Shown here: positions 10,074-18,590 of the stretch, in pieces
How positions within the stretch are numbered: the first letter of the stretch is position 1
How the letters are laid out: each line of letters opens with the position of its first letter
Origin: Leptogorgia sarmentosa
Taxonomy: Eukaryota
DNA length: 64,000 nucleotides
Assembly (NCBI GenBank): GCA_964658305.1
Contig: OZ210885.1
Coordinates: 6,882,001-6,946,000 of the forward strand
Direction: 5' to 3'
Position numbers and translations under genes: made by a program
Notes under the pieces: model-generated
The model's database searches: none
What the model saw: the letters and a program-made list of their open reading frames with translations, nothing else
What the model was told of the DNA's origin: nothing

Positions 10074-12385
10074 ATTTTTAATAAAAGCCCACATGACAGA
10101 AATCGCCAAGGGGAATCAAATATTTACATATTTACATGAATACTCCATGTTCTAAATCAATAAATGTATCTTATTGTTCACTACTCTCGCTAATACACTA
10201 CGGACACACCATCTTACTTAAAATTGTTCTATGCTTAAAATATATTGTTCCATTTTCAACCTGGTTCGCACATAGTTTGTAAAATACAGTTCACAGTCGA
10301 TTTTCTCGTCTTTCTTGAATTGATACGATACACGCTGCTTCCACGCCGCGAACTTCCCCACACTCACCAGATACCGCAATAAATCCTTTGTTCGCCTTTG
10401 CGGAAAACAACCAAGTAAGATACTCTTCTCCCCGAAACCTACCACCGTTGGGTCAATCCGATTGCATAATGTCAATATAAAAGACCATAACTTCGCGATC
10501 CGCGGACAGTGAACTAACGTGTGCTCCAATGTCTCCACCCGAGCCCCACAGCAAGCACAGGCTGCCGATATCCGGGAATTCCATTGACTCATTCGTACAT
10601 TAACTGGTAAAACCCGATGAACCGTTCGCCAATCAAAATCCCGCAGCAGGGGATCATTCCAGCTTCCCGCAACCTCTTTCCAAATCTCATTCCACCTCAA
10701 CCCCGGGCCAAGCTGGCGATTCCAGATGTCCTCACATCGAGCCCGAACCGGGGTGACACAATTTCGAATTTTCTCCCCATAGAACGCATGTGATGACCGA
10801 CGACAAGAAATGTCCACATTAAACTCACGCAAAACACGAAGAAAGTGACTATAAAAAGGTGTTGGTATGTCACAATTTGGACGAGTGTTATCATTAAATC
10901 CCAGCATTCGATTTACGTAGTATCTCATCAGCTCTTTCCACGCGCAGTCTGGCTGTTCGGCGTCCAACAAACGAAAAAGCCGACCAATCAGGAGGGCTTT
11001 GCTCCTTGACCCCACATCCACAATGCCCAGACCACCAGCTGCATAACCTGACGTACATGTTTCTCGCCTCACCAACTCAGGTTTTTTAGACCACACAAAC
11101 TTCCAAATCGCCGACTGGATGGTATCGATAACTTCTCGGGATGGCGGATACACCTTCGCTACATGCCAGATGGTGGACACAGCAAGACTTTCAATAACCG
11201 TTTTTTTCCCCCTCAAAGTTAGGAAGCGAGATTCCCATTTCTTTAGTACCGAGTTAAACTTCGCTGTCACCTCGTCCCTGGACTTTGCACGTGCGTTTTC
11301 ATCCCCAAAATACAACCCAACTATCTTCAAACTCGAGCTTAGCCACGAAATACCACCAGGAGAGTCTTCTCTCATTCGCCACCGTCCAAGCCACAACCCA
11401 TGAGTCTTGGAGGTGTTCAGACGGGCACCCGAGGCTCGCCCATATTCATGAAAAATGTCGATCACTTTTAAAATGCCATACGAGTTGGTAACAATACAGG
11501 TATTATCATCTGCATACTGCGAAATTTTTACCTCACGACCTCCCGGAATCCGAAAACCGCTAATCTCGGAGCTTTTTCGAATCGCCTGCCCAAACACCTC
11601 GGCCACCAGTACAAACAGCAACGGGGATAGCGGACACCCTTGCCTTACGCCTCGCGCTACTTGAAAAGACGGAGAGACATATCCATTGGGCAAAATAGCA
11701 CTCTGGATATCTGTATATATACACTTGATCATTGCTCTAAATTTAGGCCCAAAGTTCATCTTTGCCAAAACCCGACCTAAGAAATCCCAGTCTACGTAAT
11801 CAAATGCTTTTTCCTGATCCATGGATAGAAAAGCACATGCCTGCCGTTCATGAACCTCTAGATAATCCGTGATGTCCCTTAAAATCGTTGCATTATCCTC
11901 ACTGGACCTCCCAGGCACCGAACAACACTGGTCCGAATCCACGACACTTGACATAACCGGCTTTACCCGATTAACCAATACTTTGGTGAGAATTTTGTAG
12001 TCCACATTCAGCACCGAGATAGGCCTCCAGTTTTTTAGGTATTCCGGATCATTCTTCTTAAACAGCAGTGTAATAATGGCCTGTCTCAAAGTGTCTGGCA
12101 TTACTCCATCCGAAAGACAATTGTTCAGCATCTCGAGCAAGTCGTCCTTCAGCAACTCCCAGAAGCACATGTAGAACTCTTTTGGAAGGCCATCCGACCC
12201 TGGCGTTTTCCCATTACGAAGTGTCTTTAATGCCGCAAGGCACTCCCCCTCAAGGAGATCACCTTCACAGGAGTTACTTTGTTCATCCGACAGCTTTCTA
12301 TCCAGCAGATCGAGCAAACGATCCTGGGCGCCCCGATCTGTAGGGACCGCGGAATATAATTCTTTATAAAATCGAACCTAATTCA
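10074..12385 (-). mobile_element. Tx1-clade non-LTR retrotransposon copy A, lacking ORF1 and endonuclease, inserted in U5 loop 1
   Basis: RT plus C-terminal zinc finger, 3' end ...GGGCTTTTATTAAAAAT, flanked by the two halves of U5. Confidence 0.92.
10218..12377 (-). CDS. Tx1 ORF2 C-terminal part (RT and zf-RVT)
   Basis: KTPGSDGLP, WRPISVLNVDYK, DQEKAFD, RQGCPLSP, QYADD, CACCG..ETLEHTLVHC. Homology to copy B extends back to VRFYKELY at ~12377. Confidence 0.92.
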   Translation of the reverse strand, partial: VRFYKELYSAVPTDRGAQDRLLDLLDRKLSDEQSNSCEGDLLEGECLAALKTLRNGKTPGSDGLPKEFYMCFWELLKDDLLEMLNNCLSDGVMPDTLRQAIITLLFKKNDPEYLKNWRPISVLNVDYKILTKVLVNRVKPVMSSVVDSDQCCSVPGRSSEDNATILRDITDYLEVHERQACAFLSMDQEKAFDYVDWDFLGRVLAKMNFGPKFRAMIKCIYTDIQSAILPNGYVSPSFQVARGVRQGCPLSPLLFVLVAEVFGQAIRKSSEISGFRIPGGREVKISQYADDNTCIVTNSYGILKVIDIFHEYGRASGARLNTSKTHGLWLGRWRMREDSPGGISWLSSSLKIVGLYFGDENARAKSRDEVTAKFNSVLKKWESRFLTLRGKKTVIESLAVSTIWHVAKVYPPSREVIDTIQSAIWKFVWSKKPELVRRETCTSGYAAGGLGIVDVGSRSKALLIGRLFRLLDAEQPDCAWKELMRYYVNRMLGFNDNTRPNCDIPTPFYSHFLRVLREFNVDISCRRSSHAFYGEKIRNCVTPVRARCEDIWNRQLGPGLRWNEIWKEVAGSWNDPLLRDFDWRTVHRVLPVNVRMSQWNSRISAACACCGARVETLEHTLVHCPRIAKLWSFILTLCNRIDPTVVGFGEKSILLGCFPQRRTKDLLRYLVSVGKFAAWKQRVSYQFKKDEKIDCELYFTNYVRTRLKMEQYILSIEQF

Positions 12386-12387
12386 CT

Positions 12388-12454
12388 TTCCTCCAAAAAA
12401 AATCTTTAGTAAAAGGCGAAAGATTTATACGCGGATTGAAGGAAAACCAGAGTT
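12388..12454 (-). ncRNA. RNU5: U5 snRNA 5' part upstream of Tx1 copy A, including duplicated target sequence
   Basis: AACTCTGGTTTTCCTTCAATCCGCGTATAAATCTTTCGCCTTTTACTAAAGATTT(TTTTT)GGAGGAAA. Confidence 0.92.
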
Positions 12455-13072
12455 TGATAACTACCACAAACTTTTTCACGGATCTTAAACTACAAACCAC
12501 GTCCTTTCGCTTGTGGGCCACAGAATTGAACCCACGCAAAGCTTGTGGGATGGATGTTACGCATGCGCAGTTACAAAAAAATACTTGTATTCTACATGCA
12601 ATTATCGTAGAGTATAAACTTTTATGTTGTATGTGGCAGTGACGCCAAAACTGGCGTACTTAATGTACTGAATTGTAAAATAAATCATATATATATATAA
12701 AACCATATGAAAAGCGATTTAAAATGTTTAAATAATTCAACAGTGGCTTTGGCCACACTAGAACATAGAGCATCATTTGGTTGGAAAGCATCAGATCTGT
12801 GACTTCCTTTCACTGGCCGAATAGAAACACGTGCAGTCAAAATAAAGTAAGACTGGATTGACAAGAAAGAGTGACAGCATTCCATAATCCACCATCCATA
12901 AATGATTCTTTATTTTCGTTTTAGAAACAGTTTAATAAAGGAAGCGGTTTAGTAAAGTAAGCCTCGTTCAAAGTCCGACCTTTTGCAGTCAGCCGCACAC
13001 TCTGTCGCAAATCCAGCCGCATAATGTTTTATAAAACTGTTTAATGTTCGTTTGGTAATTTTGTAGGGTAAG

Positions 13073-13156
13073 ACCCCGCCGGTAAAGCAGGGTGAAGAAA
13101 AATTAGTCTATAGACTCATTCTGATGTTCTCCTCCACGGAAATCTTTAGTAAAAGG
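13073..13156 (-). ncRNA. RNU5: U5 snRNA 3' part (gene interrupted by Tx1 copy B)
   Basis: CCTTTTACTAAAGATTTCCGTGGAGGAGAACATCAGAATGAGTC..., AATTTTTC, terminal hairpin. Confidence 0.93.
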
Positions 13157-13342
13157 ATTTTTTAATAAAAAGCCCACATAGTGAAAATCACTAAGGGGAA
13201 TCTTTAAATTCTTACACAGTAACCATTACATATTAGCACGAAAGAACACATATTGACACACTTAAATTACGACCTATTTTAACACGCGATAACATCACGA
13301 AAGTTCAACTAATCGAATGTCACTGCATAATGTCACTCTATT

Positions 13343-16300
13343 CTAGATATAAATAGTAACATTGTCCGCCGTTACACATGCTATAACACTCTTTATGCAC
13401 CACTTACGCTCAAATTGTTCCAACGTTAACATACACTGTTCCATCCTTAAACGATTACGCACATAATTTTGAAAGTAAAACAGACAGTTAATTTTCTCGT
13501 CTTTTTTGAACTGATAAGACACCCGTTCTTTCCACGCGGAAAATTTCCCCACACTAATCAAGTACCTCAACAGATTCTTGTTCCTTTCTTCGAAAAACCG
13601 CCAAAAAACAATTGCCTCTCGGAGAGACCCACAACCGTTGCATCAATACGATTACACAACTTCAATATAAACTCCCACATGTCAGCAATCATGGGGCAAT
13701 AAACCAACGCGTGTTCGAGAGTTTCCACTCGGGCTCCACACCGCGCACAGCTCGATGGTATATGTGAGTTCCACTGATGCATTCGAGAGCTTACAGGAAT
13801 GACGCGATGAATCGTTCGCCAATCAAAGTCACGCAAGAGCGGATCGTTCCAGCTGCTTGATACTTCTTGCCACACATTCTTCCATACAAGCCCTGGACCA
13901 AAGTGACGGTTCCAATCTACCTCACACCGTGCTTGTACCGGAGAGATACTATTTCGCACGCGCTCATCGTAATAAGCCTTTGGAGTCTTTGGACGCGATA
14001 AGACCACATCAAATTCACGCAGAACGCGAAGAAGGTGACTGTAAAATGGTGTTGGTACGTCCGAATTCGGTCTCGTATTATCGTTAAAGCCTAACGATCT
14101 TGCAACATAGAACCGCATCAGACACTGCCATGGACACACTTCCTTGCTGGTATCAAGAAATCTGAAGACCCGACTAATCAATAACGCTTTGCTTTTCATC
14201 TGAAGGTCAATAATCCGAAGGCCACCATGTTGATGATCCGATATACACGTCTCCCGTCGCACGAGTTCTGGTTTTCCAGACCACACAAATTTCCAAATTT
14301 GGCTCTGAAGAGAGTCCATCATTTCACGAGACGGCGGATATATCTTCGCCACATGCCAAAGTGTTGATGCAGCTAAACTGTTCAAAACCGTTGCTTTGCC
14401 ACGTAAGGTCAAGAACCTGGACTCCCATTTCTTAATTACACCAGAGAATTTCGCCGAAACATCCTTCCACGAAGCAATCTTAGCATCGTCTGAACCAAAA
14501 TGAAGCCCAACGATCTTCAAGGACGTATTCACCCACGTCAGACCACATGGAGAATCTGTACGAGAACGCCAGCGACCCAACCAAAGTCCTTTGGATTTGG
14601 ATGTATTCAACCGTGCCCCAGACGCCCGACCATATTCGTTGAAGATGTCAATAACTTTGAAGATGCCATACGTGTTAGTAACTACGCACGTGTTGTCGTC
14701 AGCATACTGCGAAATTTTCACCTCTTTACCACCAGGAAGACGTACCCCTTGCACCTCTGGGCTTTTGCGAATTGCCTGACCAAAGACTTCAGCAACCAAC
14801 ACAAACAGGAGCGGGGAAAGAGGGCACCCCTGGCGCACTCCACGCTCCACATCGAAGAACTCGGATGGATATCCATTGGACAGAATGGCACTTTGAATGC
14901 TATTATAACAGCATTTGACGATTGAACGAAACTTCGGACCAAAGTTCATCGTTGACATTACCCTGTCCAAAAACTCCCAGTCGACACTATCAAATGCCTT
15001 CGCTTGATCGATCGATATAAAGGCACACGCAGCTCGTTCACGAACATCTAAGTAGTCACAAATATCGCGTAGAAGGAAGGCATTATCCTCGCTCGACCGC
15101 CCCGGCATGGCACAACACTGGTCTGGGTGAACCACCACGGACATGAGCGGCTTAATACGTTGTACCAACACTTTGGTGAAGATTTTGTAATCTACATTTA
15201 ACAGCGAGATTGGGCGCCAGTTCTTGAGAAGCTCAGGGTCATCTTTCTTATAGAGCAGAGATATGAGTGCTTGACGCAAGGACTCCGGCATAATGCCCAT
15301 GGTGTCACATTCATTCACCATCTCGACAAAATCCTGCTTCAAAATGTCCCAAAACGTAACGTAGAATTCTTTAGGCAGACCATCGGATCCTGGGGTTTTA
15401 CCTGCAGATAAAGACTTCAAAGCGACATAGCATTCGGCCTCAGTGACAACACCTTCACACGAATCACGTTGTTCCTCTGTCAACTTCCGATCTAGCAGGT
15501 TCAACAAACGATCTTGTGCTTCGCTGTCCGTTGGCACTTTCGAATACAATTCTTTATAGAAACGCACTTGTTCTGCCATGATGCCAGCTTGATCAGTTAC
15601 TGTCCGCCCATCTTGCGTACGCAACGCCTGACAAGTTTTCTTGACCGCCCGCTGACGTTCTTTTTGAAAAAAGAATCTCGAAGGCTGTTCGTTGGCTTCA
15701 ATCCACTTTGCCTTGCTACGCAGTTGGTTTCCACGAATACGCTGATAATCTAAAGTCATCAATTGCGATTTAACTTGTTCCAGTTCTTCCGCATCCGTGG
15801 AAGACAAAGGGGCACGAGCGAGCAAACGACGGTAAGTATTTAATAATTGCGCACGTTCTTGTGTCTTCCTCCTAGACATCGCCCTTCCACATGACATCAG
15901 TATCGATTTAAGACGATATTTCCCCGTATCCCACCATTCGCCGATGTTGCTGAAAAACTGTTTCTTATTTTGCCATTCACGCCAAAACGTTACCACTTTC
16001 TCCCGCACCCAATGTTCACTGAGCAAGGACACATTCAATTTCCATACTCCAGGACCAATGTTATTGCTTGACTGAACCACATTTAACGAGACCCGAACCA
16101 AATCATGGTCAGAATGTGGGTAGGCTATAATTTCACTGTCCACAAGAAAGTCTTTTAAAAGAGAAGATGTGACATAAAACTTGTCCAAACGACATTTGAT
16201 TGTTCCAAACTTGTTTTGCCACGTAAACTGTCGATCATTCGCATGTTGCTTCCGCCACACGTCAACGAGAGCAAATCTGGTCAATAATTTCTTTAAAAGG

Positions 16301-16797
16301 GGAACACCCGTACTACCCAACGTCGAATTTCCTCCGAGTTTGTCTTTGTCCAAGTCGAACATACAATTGAAATCCCCTCCCATGATGATGCGTCTCCTCG
16401 TAACCAGATGCCTATCAAAGGTTTGGAAGAATTCAATGCGCTGACTGCCATCAGTCGGGACATAAACACTAAGGAAGCGGAAATCCTGCTTCTGAATGGT
16501 ACAATCGAACGTGACAATCCGTCCATCACTATCACAGCGAAAACTACAGTTCTTAAAACGAGAGTGATCTCGAAGTAAAATTCCGACACCACAAGAATTA
16601 GTTGCACCCAGGCTCCAATAACCCTTGAAACCTGACTCACGATTCCAACGAATACAGTCCTCTACGGTGGCAATATGCGTTTCTTGAAGGAACATCACAT
16701 CGAAACTTGACGATTTTAAGAAATCAAATAATACTAATCGTTTCTTCTCAGCTCTGATTCCGTTAACATTCAACGTGATAATAGAAAGGTTCGCCAT
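13343..16797 (-). CDS. Tx1 ORF2: AP endonuclease, reverse transcriptase, zf-RVT. One frameshift near 13580
   Basis: TLNVNG, FLQETH, GGDFN, RLDKFY, SDH; RQGCPLSP, QYADD; CARCG..ETLEHALVYC. The C-terminus continues in ORF 13343-13570 (RYLISVGKF), which matches copy A. Confidence 0.95.
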
Positions 16798-16809
16798 CAA
16801 AATGTCCGG

Positions 16810-18168
16810 TTATTTCTTCTTCTTCGTTCGTTTCTTCTTGTGAGGTTTTGACCGAGCAGCCACAACACCAGCACCAACCCGTGCCGGTTCTACTTCCCCG
16901 TCCTCCGGCACTTCCTCAGGCAATGCCAATTCCGTATCCGCCTTTCTCTTGTTGTGATCCATTGCAACTGTTGCATCGACCTTTGGGGGTCCGCGGGGTA
17001 GGAAGAGTGGGTCCTCATCACTGGATACATCACCCATTTCCACATTTTCACTCTCGGATGAATCGCCGTTGCTGCTTGGTGGTGGGTCATTCGCCGCCGA
17101 CTCACGTGAATCATTAGCCGCCGAGTCACGTTGCTCGTTGTCATCGACCATTTCAGTATCCCGAGGAACTGAACTGTTCGTGGGGCACTCGGCCCTTAGA
17201 TGACCAAAGTCGCCACAGAGAAAACACTTGAAACATTGCCGGCGGACGTGTCCGTCTTTCCCACACCGAAAACACTTGACTTCGTTAATACAAGTAGCAA
17301 CTCTATGACCAAACAAGCCACATCGCCCGCATTGAGGAACTTGGCCACGATAACGCGTCTCGACCGGGTAGGGACCAATGAAGAAACGCCGAGGTATACC
17401 TTCAACTAGATCCAACATCGTTACAATTCTTGCCCCCGATTCCACAACAGCCCAATCACGATACATCTCACGGTTCACATTGACAACCTTGCCATACTTC
17501 GCCAACGATTCCGCCACAGCTTGGTTTGTTATTTCATTAGGAACGAACAATACTTTAACCTGCAAGGTGGGGGCATCAATCTCTTGAGCAATAATCCGCT
17601 CTCCCCTGAGCAGGATAGGATGATTTAAAAATAGCTGCTTAGCCTCGTATGTACGAAACGTGAGTCGATACCGCGGACCTGGAACTTGCTGGAGACATTT
17701 AATTGTCTCCAGTGCTGTATGCTTTAGAATAGCCTCCATCACCTCACGAACAGTAATGTTTTTAAAAGCTTGCGTATGTAAGACAACTGTATTCGGCCTT
17801 GGGACTCGTCCTCCCGAGAGGAAGGTCGGGAGAGGGACTGCATTTCCACGACCAGCCTGTACATCATTTCGCGCAGCAACTACATCTGCCCAGGATTGTC
17901 CACCAATTCCATCCGATACGCTACGTCCAGCATCACCACTGCGTCCAGACACCGCATCAGCAGGAACACGCCTTTCACCAGCTTCACCGGTCATCTCAAC
18001 ACCATTCCGCTGTTCCCTTGTACTGTCGCCTTCAACCCCTTCTCCAGCGCCCCCACGGCCTGAAACCACAGCTGCACGACTTGTAGTTGTATCCCCAACA
18101 GCACGACTTGAATCCCCAACAGCTGCTTCTACACCAGCACGACTTCCTTGATCCAATTTCTCCTCCAT
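16810..18168 (-). CDS. Tx1 ORF1 gag-like nucleic acid-binding protein
   Basis: RRM-like region, CGRCGLFGHRVATC, CFRCGKDGHVRRQC, CFLCGDFGHLRAEC, basic C-terminal tail. Confidence 0.92.
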   Translation of the reverse strand: MEEKLDQGSRAGVEAAVGDSSRAVGDTTTSRAAVVSGRGGAGEGVEGDSTREQRNGVEMTGEAGERRVPADAVSGRSGDAGRSVSDGIGGQSWADVVAARNDVQAGRGNAVPLPTFLSGGRVPRPNTVVLHTQAFKNITVREVMEAILKHTALETIKCLQQVPGPRYRLTFRTYEAKQLFLNHPILLRGERIIAQEIDAPTLQVKVLFVPNEITNQAVAESLAKYGKVVNVNREMYRDWAVVESGARIVTMLDLVEGIPRRFFIGPYPVETRYRGQVPQCGRCGLFGHRVATCINEVKCFRCGKDGHVRRQCFKCFLCGDFGHLRAECPTNSSVPRDTEMVDDNEQRDSAANDSRESAANDPPPSSNGDSSESENVEMGDVSSDEDPLFLPRGPPKVDATVAMDHNKRKADTELALPEEVPEDGEVEPARVGAGVVAARSKPHKKKRTKKKK

Positions 18169-18207
18169 GCGAAAGATTTATACGCGGATTGAAGGAAAAC
18201 CAGAGTT
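18169..18207 (-). ncRNA. RNU5: U5 snRNA 5' part directly abutting the ORF1 ATG of Tx1 copy B
   Basis: AACTCTGGTTTTCCTTCAATCCGCGTATAAATCTTTCGC|ATGGAGGAGAA. Confidence 0.92.
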
Positions 18208-18300
18208 TGATATCAACCACAAAGTTTTTAACGGATCTTAAACTACAAACCACGTCCTTTCGCTTATGGGGCGCAGAATTAAACCCACGCATGCGCACGC
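18208..18300 (-). promoter_or_regulatory. Putative U5 snRNA promoter (PSE-containing). Conserved upstream of all four full U5 5' ends (also 12455-12570, 40124-40214, 40874-40988)
   Basis: Shared CCCA(C/T)AAGCGAAAGGACGTGGTTTGTAGTTTAAGATCCG...TGTGG block and upstream TGCGCATGCG. PSE role inferred from position only. Confidence 0.6.
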
Positions 18301-18498
18301 ATTTAACGTATCAGCAAGAAAGTATGTAGTCTCAAAGCTGACAATTACGAAGACTAGAGGCTTTCAGTCTGAAACATTTCACTTTGTTGAATTGGAACAC
18401 GCCGTGGTTAAAAAAAATGCCAATTATTAAAATGGTGAAACAATGAATTGAAACAATGAATCGAATCTTATTAATCCAATTATTTTGTATGGTAAAAA

Positions 18499-18590
18499 CA
18501 CCCCGCTGTTAGGCAGGGTCACGAAAAGTTAATCTATGAATTCATTCAGTTATTCTCCTCCACGGAAGGCGAAAGATTCATACGTGGAAT
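18499..18590 (-). pseudogene. U5 snRNA pseudogene (5' truncated, 13-nt deletion in loop 1)
   Basis: TCTTTCGCCTT^CCGTGGAGGAGAA... Same lesion in the paralogue at ~39833-39925. Confidence 0.85.

Larger units (their letters stand above)
13157..18168 (-). mobile_element. Full-length Tx1-clade non-LTR retrotransposon copy B, inserted in U5 loop 1
   Basis: ORF1 (3 CCHC knuckles) and ORF2 (APE-RT-zf); 3' end ...GGGCTTTTTATTAAAAAAT; U5 halves at both ends. Confidence 0.95.

Noticed and set aside
12436..12642. Recurrent ORFs MKENQSL... and MRMRG... (also 18032, 18087, 40124, 40801)
   Set aside because: They are translations of U5 genes and their upstream block; the recurrence reflects the RNA gene duplication.
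10074..18168. Copies A and B as one tandem segmental duplication
   Set aside because: Their ORF2 proteins and 3' UTRs are too divergent while the flanking U5 genes are nearly identical, and each locus has its own empty paralogue.
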